Positions 9,860 to 20,454 of a stretch of DNA of 33,469 nt are shown here, one piece after another. Below the pieces are notes generated by a model. The model had not been told where the DNA came from. It did no database searches and saw only the letters and a list, made by a program, of their open reading frames with translations. Source of the DNA: Chiloscyllium plagiosum (taxonomy: Eukaryota); assembly GCF_004010195.1 (NCBI RefSeq), contig NC_057755.1, positions 7,516,501 to 7,549,969 on the forward strand, written 5' to 3'. How positions within the stretch are numbered: position 1 is the first letter of the stretch; each line of letters opens with the position of its first letter. Made by a program: the position numbers and the translations under genes.

Positions 9860-11555
9860 ATTGTAAACAGCCTGTCTACCACCATAATGCTGTCCTTGAC
9901 TAACAATGCCTCACCTCCCCCTCTATTACCATCTTTTCTGTTCTTTTGAAGCATCTACTTCCCGGAAACTTTAACAACCATTCTTGTCCCTGCTCTATCC
10001 ATGTCTCTGAAATGGCCACAATGTCGAGGTTCCAGGTACCAACCCATCCTGCAAGTTCACACACCTTATTCCGAATGCTCCAGGCATTGAAGTAGGCACA
10101 CTTCAAACTACCTTCCTGCTTGTCACTGAACTCTTGCGATCTTGCAACCATATTTCTGACCTCACTTCTCTCAACCTCCTGGACAATGGAACTACAATTT
10201 AGGTTCGCATACCCGTGCTGAATTAATTTCATTCATCCTGAATTGCATTCACAAACTTTGCTCTCAGGATAATGACACCCCTCTGGCTCTTTTGGCGATA
10301 ATCCTGTTTGAACGAATCCCACATAACCAAGAATGAGCACCAATTGTCTAGGTATCCAAAACCCTCATCCCTTTAGCCAATGTTGTTCCTCTCTCTCTCC
10401 CTATTCCTTGCCTCACTAGCACATGGCATGGGCAAAAAGCCAGAGATAACAACTGTGTTTTTACTATCACTAAACTTCCACCCTAGCTCCCTGAATTTCT
10501 GACTTAAATACCTTTTCCTACCTCTGTCATTGGTGCCTCAGTGGTCTACGACTTGGGGCTGCTCCTCATCACCCTCAAAGATCCAGAAAACACGATCTGC
10601 GATATCATGACCCTTGGCACCTGGGAGGCCAACTGTGAGTCTCTCTTGTTCCCAAGGAACTTCCTATCTGTTTTCCTAACTATGGAGTCCACAATGACTA
10701 ATGCTCTGCTCATCTCCCCTCTTCCCTTCTGAGCAACAGGGACAGAATCAGTGCCAGAGATCTGTGCCCCATGGCTTACACCTGTAAGTCGCTTCCCCCT
10801 TCAATCAGTATCCAAAACAATATACTTGTTATTGAGGGTAATGGCCACAGGGTTTCCTTGCACTGCCTGCCGGTTCCCTTTCTATCCCCTGCCAGCAATC
10901 CATCTGCTTGTTTCTTGCCCCTGAGGTGTGACTACCACTCTGTAACTCCTCTCAATAAACTCCTCCGTACATTATACAAAGTTAATCCAGCTCCAGTTCT
11001 TGAGGAGCTGGAGTTGGGTGCACTTCCCGCAGATGAAGTCAGCAGGGACAGTAGTAGTGACCTTTACCTCCCACATGCTGCGGGAAGAACATCAAATGTC
11101 CTAACTGCCATTCCCACTATTCTAAATTCCCAAAGAGACTGTAGAAAAATGAAATAAAATAACTAGTTACCTTACTAATTCGCACACAGAAACTTTTTCT
11201 TTGGTAAATGGAGGAGGATGGGTGGGAGACACTACTTAAGTAGGTTTTTGGCTAACACAACCAGCCAAATATATTACATCACATACTCAGTATACCCATG
11301 TCTGCTCCTGCTCAGTGTGTGCTCTGACTATTCAGGAGATACATTTATATAATTGGGAAAATGGAGAGTGCTTAAATCTCGAAACAAGTTAATATCATAT
11401 AAATTTATCTTTCTGGAAAGACCCTGGTCCTCACTGTCACTCTGCTCATTAATGCTGCTACTGGAAATAGTAAATTTATAGAATTTTAACTTTACATTCC
11501 AGGCAGGCGTCTGTTCCTTGCTGTCGCTCCGCACACTACTGCTGCTACTGGAAAA
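9860..11555 (-). mobile_element. 3'-truncated CR1 LINE (copy D): 5' UTR, ORF1, start of ORF2
   Basis: ORF1 ATG at 11111 (minus); ALVIVDSIV esterase block at ~10678-10704; ORF2 CAYFNAWSIRNK..ISETW. A 34-bp imperfect repeat (11434-11467 and 11521-11554) lies in the presumed 5' UTR. Confidence 0.85.
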
Positions 11556-11559
11556 CTGG

Positions 11560-11915
11560 ACCATTCTCGATGTCTCCGTTATGGTCACAATATCATAGTT
11601 CCACGTACTGATCCATGCTCTAAGTTCTTCACTCATATTCCTAATGCTCCTTGCATTGAAACAAATACACTGTAAAACATCCTTTTGTCTTATCAAAAAT
11701 GTATCCTTCCTGGCAGACACTCTGCATTCTATGTCCTCTCATTTAACAATGAAATCTCCTCTCATCTGTAGCTCTCGTTCTCATCCCTCTACCAATCTAC
11801 TTTAAACCCTCCCAACATGCTCGAGCAAATCTCCCGCCTAGGACATTGGTTCCTCTCCAGTTTAAGTGCAAGTCACGACTTCCCCAGAAGGTACACCAAA
11901 GATCTGCATATCTGT
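11560..11915 (-). mobile_element. CR1 LINE (copy E), ORF1 end and ORF2 start
   Basis: DLHLNWRGTNVLGGRFARA and CICFNARSIRN..WNYDIVTITET. Joins 13900-14760 across the insertion of copy F. Confidence 0.8.
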
Positions 11916-13897
11916 GAAAGGAAAGACTGGTAGCTACGGGGAATGCTGGATGACTGAAGAAATTGAGGTTTTGGTTAAGAAAAAGAAGGAAGCATATGTC
12001 AGTTGAAGACAGATAGATCGAGTGAATCCTTAGAAGAGTATAAAGGCAGTAGGAGTACACTTAAGAGAAAAATCAGGAGGGCAAAAATTGGACATGAGAT
12101 AGCTTTGGCAAATAGAGTTAAGGAGAATCGAAAGGGTTTTAAACATACATTAAGCAACTAGAGAGAGAAGAGAGCCCCTCAAAGATCAGCAAGGCAGCCT
12201 TTGAGTGGAGCCGCATGAGATGACATGTTTACAAGTATTTTGCATCAGTATTTACTGTGGAAGAAGATATGGAAGATTCAAAATGTAAGGAAATAGATGG
12301 TGACATCTTGCAAAATGTCCATATTACAGAGGAGGAAGTGTTGGATGTCTTGAAACACAAAGGTAGATAAATCCCCAGGACCGGACAAGGAGTGCCCTAG
12401 AACTCTGTGGGAAGCTAGGGAAATGATTGCTGGGCATCTTGCTGAGATATTTGCATCATTGATAGTCATAGCTGAGGTGCCGGAAGACTGGAGGTTGGTG
12501 AATGTGGTGCCATTGTTTAAGAAAGGTGGTAAGGACAAGCCAGGCAACTATGGACCAGAGAGCCTGACGTCAGTGGTGGGCAAGTTGTTGGAGGGAATCC
12601 TGAGGGACAGGATGCAGATGTATTTGGAAAGGCAAGGACTGATTAGGGAGAGTCAACATGGCTTTGTGTGTGGGAAATCATGTCTCACAAATTTGATTGA
12701 TGAGGGAAGAATGGTGGATGCAATCGTTATGGACATCAGTAATGCATTCGACAAGTTTCCCCTTGGGAGACTGGTTAGCAAGGTGAGATCTCATGGAATA
12801 CCAGGAGAATTCACAGTTTGGATACAGAACTGGCTCAAAGGTAGACGACCGAGGGTGGTGGTGTAGCGTTGTTTTTCATACTGGAGGCCTGTGAGCAGTG
12901 GAGTACAGCAAAGATCGGTGCCGGCTCCACTACTTTTCATCATCTACATAAATGATTTGTATGTAGTATAAGAGGTATAGTAAATACGTTTGCAGATGAC
13001 ACCAAAATTGGAGGTGTTGTGGACAGCGAAGAAGGTTACCTCAGAATCCAATGTGATCTTGACCAGATGGGCCAATGGGCTGAGAAGTGGCAGATGGAGT
13101 TTAATTCAGATAAATGTGAGTTGCTGCATTTTGGGAAAACAAATCTTAGCAGGACTTATACACTTAATAGTAAGGTCCTAGGGTGAGTTGCTGAATAAAG
13201 AGACCTTGGAGTGCAGGTTCATAGCTCCATGAAAGTGGAGTCGCAGGTAGATAGTATAGTGAAAAATATGTTTTCCTTTATTGGTCAGAGTGTTGAGTAC
13301 AGGAGTTGGGCGGTCATCTTGTGACTATAAAGGACATTGGTTAGGCCACTGTTGGAATACTGCGTGCAATTCTGGTCTCCTTCCTATCGGAAAGGTTCAG
13401 TGAAACTTGAAAGGGTGCAGAAAGATTTACAAGGATGTTGCCAGAGCTGGAGGATTTGAGCTGTAGGGAGAGGTTGAATAGGCTAAGTCTGTTATCCCTG
13501 GAGCGTTGGAGGCTGAGGGGTGACCTTACAGAGATTTCCAAAATCATGAGGGGCATGGATAGGATAAGCATACAAAGTATTTTCCCTGGCGTGGGGGGAG
13601 TCCAGAACTAGAGGGCATAGGTTTAGGGTAAGAGGGAAAAGATATAAATGAGACCTAAGAGGCATATTTTTCACGCAGAGGATGATATGTGCATGGAATG
13701 AGCTGCCAGAGGAAGTGGTGGAGGCTATTACAGTTAAAACATTTAAAAGGCATCGAGATGTCTTTATGAACAGGAAGGATTTGGAGGGATGTGTGCCAGG
13801 TGCTGGCAGGTGGGATTAGATCGGGTTGGGATATCTGGTCGGCATGGATGAGTTGGAACGAATGGTCTGTTTCCGTGTTGTACATCTCTATGACTCG
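11916..13897 (+). mobile_element. 5'-truncated CR1 LINE (copy F) with 3' end, inserted into ORF1 of copy E
   Basis: PEDWRLVNVVPLFKKG, SQHGFVCGKSCLTNL, FADDTK (~12989), RPLLEYCVQFWSP. 3' UTR ends ctctatgactc. Confidence 0.9.
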
Positions 13898-13899
13898 AT

Positions 13900-14760
13900 G
13901 ACGCCCTCCCTCCTGCAGCCACCTGTTCAGATCCACTCGCTACCTGTTCCTCGTGTCACTAGCACGTGGCACCAGTAGTATGTGTGAGATTACTACTCTG
14001 ATCGTCCTCCATTTTTGCTTCCAACCCAACTCCCTGAAATTACCTTTTAGATCCTCATTCCTTTTCCGAGCTATGTAATTGGTGCCAACGTGCACCACCA
14101 CAACTTCTGTTCACCCTCTCCCTTCAGAATCTTGTAGACTCGATCAGAGACATCCCAGACCCTGGCACCAGGGAGGCAACATACCTTCTCGGAGTTCTTT
14201 TTGTCATACAGAATCTCCTGTCCGTTCTGCTAAAATTTGAGCCTCCTATCACTAGTGCTTTGGATTCTCCCCCCTTCTGATTCACTATGGCTTTCTCCAC
14301 GAGGTTGTTCCTGCCAACTTTATCCAAAACTGTATACTTATTATTGAAAGGAACGGCCACAGGCGACCCTGCACTTTCTGCCTGTTCCCTTTTCTTCCAC
14401 TGACTGCAACTAATTGCAACCAATCTACCATTTTCCTGTACCTGAGGTAAGACTCCATCCATGTAACTCCTGTGTATTACCGCCCTTAGGTTCCCAGATG
14501 ATCTGATGTTCATCCAGCTCCAGCGACAATTACCTGACGTGGTGTCTGATGTGATGGATTTGGGTGCACTTCCCACAGATGCAGTCAATGGGGACGCTAG
14601 CAGTCACCGTTACATCCCAAATCCTACAGGAGGAGCATGCAACTGCCCTCACATCCATTCCCACTGTTTCAAATTCCCAAAGAGACTATTGAAAAAAACA
14701 GAAGAACCTCACCAAATCCAAAAACCATTTTTGCTGGAGGAGCTGGATGAATGGTTTGAA
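13900..14760 (-). mobile_element. CR1 LINE (copy E), 5' UTR end and ORF1
   Basis: ORF1 ATG at 14658 (minus); SPVAVPFNNKYTVL, ALVIGGSNF (decayed GDS block). Confidence 0.85.
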
Positions 14761-14761
14761 C

Positions 14762-15460
14762 TGTCGTAACGGCTCACAGCGTTGTTAATAAGATGACCCT
14801 TGGGGCATGTTTATCTAACTCAAGATGACCGAAAGAATTTGACAGTTACATTCAGCAGATGTTCGCAACCACATTCGTCTCAATGTCGATACACTGGATA
14901 AGATGAGATTCACTAGAGAAAGAAACATGAGGAAATTAATCAGGTTTGTGTGAACAAACGGTTCTAAACTTATAAGCAATCAAATTAAGGACATTTTATT
15001 TAGCCACACCTCCAACCTAGTTCTTCAGTCAAAAGTAGAAACAAAAGTCTGATCTAACACCATTCTGAACTATTTAAATAATTGTAGAAATCAAAAGTGT
15101 CTGGGAGCACAGGGTGTATCCAAGTGGTTCGTTTGGATTTGGTTAAATATTGTTAAGAGAAGACTCGACAACAGCAGTTTTTTAAGTGTGCGTGTTAATT
15201 AAGTAATAATAATGATAATAGTAAGAGCAGTAAATGGAAAAGAAAAGGATAAAAGGCAACAAGTCTCACACCCTGCTGCCCGTTGGGGTCCCCTCGTTTG
15301 ATAGCACATCTGGAGAATTAGGTTCGTTGGTGATCCTGGAACGAGGTGATTTTCAACTCTTGAAAATAAAATCTCTCCGTCTCTTATAGCATAAAGCAAA
15401 CAGCCAACACAGGAAACAGCTACAGAATAAAAACAAGCTGCCAGTAAATGAATGCTCACA
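14762..15460 (-). repeat. Possible 3' LTR of the ERV
   Basis: Minus strand ends ...gttacgaCA at 14762; AATAAA on minus at 14995-15000; lies downstream of integrase. No partner LTR in the window and the inner boundary is uncertain. Confidence 0.35.
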
Positions 15461-15494
15461 TGAATAATTCAAGCTGTAGAATAGCATCATTATC

Positions 15495-15625
15495 TTTCCC
15501 AGCCTCTTCCCAAGTTTTGCCCCTTCCCAAGTAGAACCCTCTGCGTACTGCTTGAGGAAAGTTTCCTGAATGCACTTAACAAACTTCACTCCATCTAAGT
15601 CTTGAACACAATTGCACCCTTGATA
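15495..15625 (-). mobile_element. Small CR1 ORF2 endonuclease fragment
   Basis: DLDGVKFVKCIQETFLKQYAEGSTWEGAKL. Confidence 0.7.
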
Positions 15626-16283
15626 ATATTTGACAGCGCATGTTACAATTGCTAATGCAGGCACAAATCAGTGATAGCTGCACGAGAACGTATAGTAAGA
15701 TTATGTAACCGACACCAGAAAATTAAAAACTGCAATAAAAATAACCATCATCTGTATGAATAATGTAAGAATAAGGAGTATCATCAAATTAATGAGCACA
15801 GTGGCCTATTTCGTGAGGTACAGCAGCTGCCATCTGATGAATCATCTGCAACAGCTTCCACCCGTAATAAATTGACATTGTTCTGTGAAGAAATCATATC
15901 GTATCAGTGTACAATCTTTGATAACTGGCTTTCTTTTGTTAAGTTTCCTCTGTCTCTGTACTCTGTCGCTTCCTGCCCCGTTATCAATACCCAATAAGTA
16001 TCACCTTGTCCAGGGGCAAGATTCTCGCTTGGCTCAGACAGGTCTTGTGGGTCGTGCACCAACATTTTTCCGCTGTACAAAGGTGCTGTAGGTATATTGG
16101 GAGGATGTAACTGGCTACCCACTTTAAACATTCGACTCATGAATTGTCCCTCCTTTCAGGGGCTGGTTAATCGGATTATGCAATGCACTTTGAGCCACTG
16201 CTGTAACGTATGATTAGGGGTCAATAACTTAATTTCTTGTTTTAATAACCCATTGCTTCATTAACCAAGGCCAGCTGATTGAC

Positions 16284-16308
16284 AAGAAAGAAAGAAAGAA
16301 AGAAAGAA
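16284..16308 (+). repeat. (AAAG)n microsatellite inside the integrase remnant
   Basis: aagaaagaaagaaagaaagaaagaa. Confidence 0.9.
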
Positions 16309-17383
16309 TGTGGAACATCCAATGGATCCCATTGTTGCACCTGTTGATCTTTCATGTGTGATCTGTTGTTCGATTGTATTTCTGATGCTTCAGTATTCTG
16401 GGACATCGACTATTCTAGTCCCTTAATAGAGGTACTCTGATCTGCTTTCATTGTCGGGAAAGCTAAGATTAGCCTGCTCTAAGGGTCCACCATGGTTAAC
16501 AGATATGTATATTGTTGTTGCAATGGTAATGGGTGAACGCAGTTAATCTGCCAGATTTGAACAGGATAATCTCGTTTGATTCGTGTATTTGATTTTTGTG
16601 GCAGTGATGCGGGTTTTGCCTTTTAACACATCTCACATTTGCCAGTGAAATCTTCACCAGATAGGCGGGTAAGTGCTAACCCTAATTACTTGCCCATTGC
16701 ACAATGCTGTGATAGCCTAAATTTCCTGATATTCAAGAGCCCAATTTTCAGCGTAATTATCTTCAGATGCATCGTCAGATTCATTTTCTGACTTTTATTA
16801 TTCAATCTACAGCATTGCTGTGATCAGCAGATTCCAAAACATCTTTCACTTGGGCATCAATATGGTACACAGTAATTTTCATGCGCTGTGCCGTCACCCA
16901 TATTTGTTTCAAAGTTTTGTTGCCTATGGGGCTTTCCAGTAATTTTCCAGTCATGTGACCACCAGGTTGGCATTCATATAGCTATTCCATTGGCCACCAC
17001 CCACCAGGCAGTATAAATGCGCAGACACAGAATCTCTTCTCTCAGTTCTAGGACCACAGCTGCTAACTTGGCAAACTGGCTCGATCCCCCATCTGCTTCA
17101 CTGTGGATAATTATCTGTGTGGCACGATTAAACAGCCACTCGCCACCACCTTCGACCATTCTTCCAGGTGGCTGATAGATCAGTGAAGTAGGTTCAGTGG
17201 CGAGTATATTCTGGCAGTCGTTCAAGCAGAACACCCCTTTAAAGGGAGATGCAAATATATTCTAGTCAGAGCTCGGAGTTTGTTCACCTGGTGGGTTTTA
17301 AGCGATTTGATCATGGAGTTTGGTAATCCCTTCCTTTCAATTTTTTGTTCAATCAACTATGTGACATTTCTATTTTGCAATGG

Positions 17384-17587
17384 AAAAGCACATCAGTTCA
17401 GGCAGAATACGAGGAGCAGGAAAATCGACGTTTCGGGCAAATGTCTTTCATCAGGATTCCTGATGAACGGCTTTTGCCTGAAACGTCGATTTTCCTGCTC
17501 CTCGGATGCTGCCTGAATTGCTTTGCTTTTCCAGCAACTTTCTACTCCAGTATCTGATTTCCAGCATCTGCAAGTCATGATTTTTAC
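17384..17587. mobile_element. Foldback PLE-derived short element with hammerhead core, inserted in ERV pol
   Basis: Centre ttcatcaggattcctgatgaa. Plus core CTGATGA-A-CGGC-TTTT-GCCT-GAAA-CGTC from 17460. TSD ctattttgca(a/t)tgg at 17370-17383 and 17588-17601 (14 bp, 1 mismatch). Confidence 0.8.
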
Positions 17588-18902
17588 CTATTTTGCATTG
17601 GGGTTTTGTTGCGCTTTCCTGAACTAATGGATTGCAATGTCAAATAACTGTGACATCAAAATTTGTAACTCAAGTCACACGAGAACTTTGTCCTCACCCA
17701 TCTGTCCGTCAGTTTCCACTAAGGCACAGTCGCAGGCCAGTTGTGATTTTTCAAATGGTGTATAACGTGCAACTGGTTCAGTCAGTTTTCTGGTCCAGAA
17801 GCCCAAAAGAATTGATTTCCCCCTTTATCTCTACTGTAAGTTCGATGTGACTACATCTTTTGTTACTAATACTTGAATTTCAAAGGGTAAGCTAGTTATC
17901 CCAGAAGCCAGGTGCAGCGCAAGAGCTATGGCCTCTTTATCAACCAGAAATGCTATCTGCTTTTCACCGCACCGTTCAAACTGAGGTTTCTTTCATGTCA
18001 TAGCATATAAAGGTCTGAGTAACGTGGTCAAGTGAGGTATATGTCTCTGTCAATGTCCAAGTAGACGTATAAATTTCTGTGCTTCAGCCTTCCTAGTTTG
18101 AACTGCCATCACTTGTATTATATTATTTTATTTTCGCGATTACCCTATCCCGTTTTGTCCACTGGATTTCTGAGCACCGATTGTGCTCGTCTCTGTATCT
18201 TTTTTGGGGTTTACTTCACAGCCTTTGTTTTGCATTTTTACCTGTGTGTCTAGAACTTCCAACACCATGCTTTCTGTTGCTTCACAGATCAAAATGTCAT
18301 AAATACAATGTGCAATATGATTATCTGGTGATAGTGTAGACATATCTAAATCCTTTTCCAGTAGCCCAGGGCACGAGGTTGGGCTATGTAGATATCATTG
18401 TGGTAGTTGGCAGAAGGCATATTGATGATCCTCCCATGTAAAAGCAACCTGAGCTTGTCATTCCAGAGCTATCGGATTTGCTTCATAAATAATGACGTAG
18501 CAGTCATCTGGCCTCTGATGAATTTTCTATAACAGTGACCATACTAGACACAGCCGCTGAGAGTGGAAAAGCATCTGTGTTCACTTGGTGATAAATCAAC
18601 TGTCATTCACCAACATCCATCAGGCTGGTTTCCAGGCTATACCGGGCCATAGCATGCGGACACTACGTATACCACAATCCCCAGAGCTAACAGGCCATGT
18701 ATAGTATCCCCAATTTCTATGTGTAATCCTGAAATATGATACTGTTTCTCAAAACCACCTATGTGGGTGGAGGGGTAATGAGGCCCCCCACTTTGCCTTA
18801 CCAACAGTAACCATCTCAGCTCATACAGCAAAAGAATATTTGCCCATTGGGGTTTGAAAAGTGGGACCTCTCAACACATTCATGTCAATAATATTTTCTG
18901 AC

Positions 18903-19058
18903 AGTTTGGATATCAATGCCAGGACTGCCCATGGGCGTCCATTCTCCAAGGCCAATCTAATATTCGAACTGTTGCTGATATCACCCCACCAAATCCATTA
19001 ATATTTATTCTGGGCCCCTACGTCTATGGGGGGTTGCCATGTATAAACGTAAAAGCCT
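18903..19058 (+). repeat. 156-bp segment duplicated at 19478-19633
   Basis: Direct comparison; 1 mismatch seen. Confidence 0.95.
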
Positions 19059-19064
19059 TTGCCA

Positions 19065-19210
19065 NNNNNNNNNNNNNNNNNNNNNNNNNNNNNNNNNNNN
19101 NNNNNNNNNNNNNNNNNNNNNNNNNNNNNNNNNNNNNNNNNNNNNNNNNNNNNNNNNNNNNNNNNNNNNNNNNNNNNNNNNNNNNNNNNNNNNNNNNNNN
19201 NNNNNNNNNN
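19065..19210. other. Assembly gap (146 N)
   Basis: Run of N. Confidence 1.
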
Positions 19211-19467
19211 TCCGCTGTAGTGGGCGGTATATTGGGTCCAGGTCTATGTGTTTGTTGATGGAGTTTGTGGATGAGTGCCATGCTTCTAGGAATTCCCTGG
19301 CTGTTCTTTGTTTGGCTTGCCCTATAATGGTAGTGTTGTCCCAGTCAAATTCATGTTGCTTGTCATCTGCGTGTGTGGCAACTAGGGATAGCTGGTCGTG
19401 TCGTTTCGTGGCTAGTTGATGTTCGTGGATGTGGATCGTTAGCTGTCTTCCTGTTTGTCCTATATAG
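19211..19467 (-). mobile_element. Penelope-like element GIY-YIG fragment, inverted copy
   Basis: Reverse complement of 19632-19888 with scattered substitutions; runs into the gap. Confidence 0.9.
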
Positions 19468-19632
19468 TGTATCTGGTAGTTTGGATATCAATGCCAGGAC
19501 TGCCCATGGGCGTCCATTCTCCAAGGCCAATCTAATATTCGAACTGTTGCTGATATCACCCCACCAAATCCATTAATATTTATTCTGGGCCCCTACGTCT
19601 ATGAGGGGTTGCCATGTATAAACGTAAAAGCC

Positions 19633-19998
19633 TATATAGGACAAACGGGAAGACGGCTAACGATCCGCATCCACGAACATCAACTAGCCACGAAACGACG
19701 CGACCAGCTATCCTTAGTAGCCACACACGCAGACGACAAGCAACATGAATTTGACTGGGACAACACTACCATTATAGGGCAAGCGAAACAAAGAACAGCC
19801 AGGGAATTCATAGAAGCTTGGCACTCATCCACAAATTCCATCAACAAACACATCGACTTGGAGCCAATATACCGGCCACTACAGCGGACAGCTGAAGCTG
19901 ACAACCGGAAGTGGCAGGGACAGGCCACTATAAATGCCGGAGGAAACACCACAGAAGCGCTTCACAGGAGGCTCCCAAGCACTGAGGATGTCACCTAG
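19633..19998 (+). pseudogene. GIY-YIG endonuclease fragment of a PLE (open frame, but lacks the GIY half and RT)
   Basis: YIG motif and conserved R, EH, E and N. The first 8 aa of ORF 19609 derive from unrelated duplicated ERV sequence. Confidence 0.85.
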
Positions 19999-20018
19999 AC
20001 AGGCGACGAAACGTTTGC
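19979..20018 (+). ncRNA. Minimal type I hammerhead ribozyme (family B)
   Basis: Stem I GCA/TGC; CTGAGGA; T; stem II GTCACCT-AGAC-AGGCGAC (6 of 7 pairs); GAAA; CG; TT (GUU site). Confidence 0.85.
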
Positions 20019-20096
20019 AACAAAAACTTCCAGCTCGGCGAACAGAACCACAGCAACAAGCACCCGAGCTACAAATCTTCTCACAAACTTTGAAAT

Positions 20097-20440
20097 AAGG
20101 TGAATCTCTAAGACCTTTTCTGTGATGTGGAGGAGTTCAACACCAGGGGGCATATGTTTAAGGTGGAAGGACAAAGATTTAAAAAGGAAATGAGGGCAAT
20201 TTTAAACAAGGGATGATTAGTCTGCTTATGATGCAGATACAGGTTCAAAGTTTAAAATACATTTAGAAACGCCCATGAATAGGAGAGTCTCAGAGGGATA
20301 TGGGCCAAATGCAGGCAGATTGGAGTGTGTATGTGTCCGTATGTATGTGTGCGCACGTGTGTGTGTGTGTGTGTGTGCGTGTGGACTAGTTGGATCGAAG
20401 GTTCTGCTTCGATGTTGTTTGCTGCTATAACTGTATGATT
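20097..20440 (+). mobile_element. Old CR1 3'-end fragment containing a (TG)n tract
   Basis: TRGHMFKVEGQRFK-like sequence and CR1 3' UTR. TG repeat at ~20325-20382. Confidence 0.75.
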
Positions 20441-20454
20441 ATAATTCAAATCCA

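Larger units (their letters stand above)
15900..19064 (-). pseudogene. pol: Decayed endogenous retrovirus pro-pol, class III / ERV-L-like
   Basis: Minus strand, in order: protease-like ININGFGG (~19000); RT QPDGCW*MTVD (~18610), QVAFTWEDHQYAFCQLPQ*YLHSP (~18380-18455), HCIYDILI..GCEVNPKK; RNase H SSQFAKLAAV..IYTAWWVVANG and ITVYHIDAQ; integrase CEMC, WQINCVHPLP..YLLTMVD (~16490-16553), WMFH..QSAGL..NGLLKQE. Confidence 0.85.
19632..20094 (+). mobile_element. 5'-truncated Penelope-like element: GIY-YIG C-terminal part, hammerhead and 3' tail
   Basis: YIGQTGRRLTIRIHEH...HEFDWDNTTII...REFIEAWH..NSINKHIDLEPIY; hammerhead at 19979-20018. Confidence 0.9.

Noticed and set aside
11434..11554. 34-bp imperfect repeat with an 87-bp period, as a possible CRISPR-like array
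   Set aside because: Two degenerate units (5 mismatches) in the presumed LINE 5' UTR; no cas genes.
15850..16140. Retroviral env or accessory gene downstream of integrase
   Set aside because: No furin site, CX6CC motif or long frame was recognised. The short ORFs may be the integrase C-terminus or noise.
19024..19419. ORFs spanning the N run
   Set aside because: Artefacts of the assembly gap.
19609..19998. Stand-alone functional GIY-YIG nuclease gene (129 aa)
   Set aside because: Starts at TTG within duplicated ERV sequence and lacks the GIY half-motif; it is a truncated PLE.
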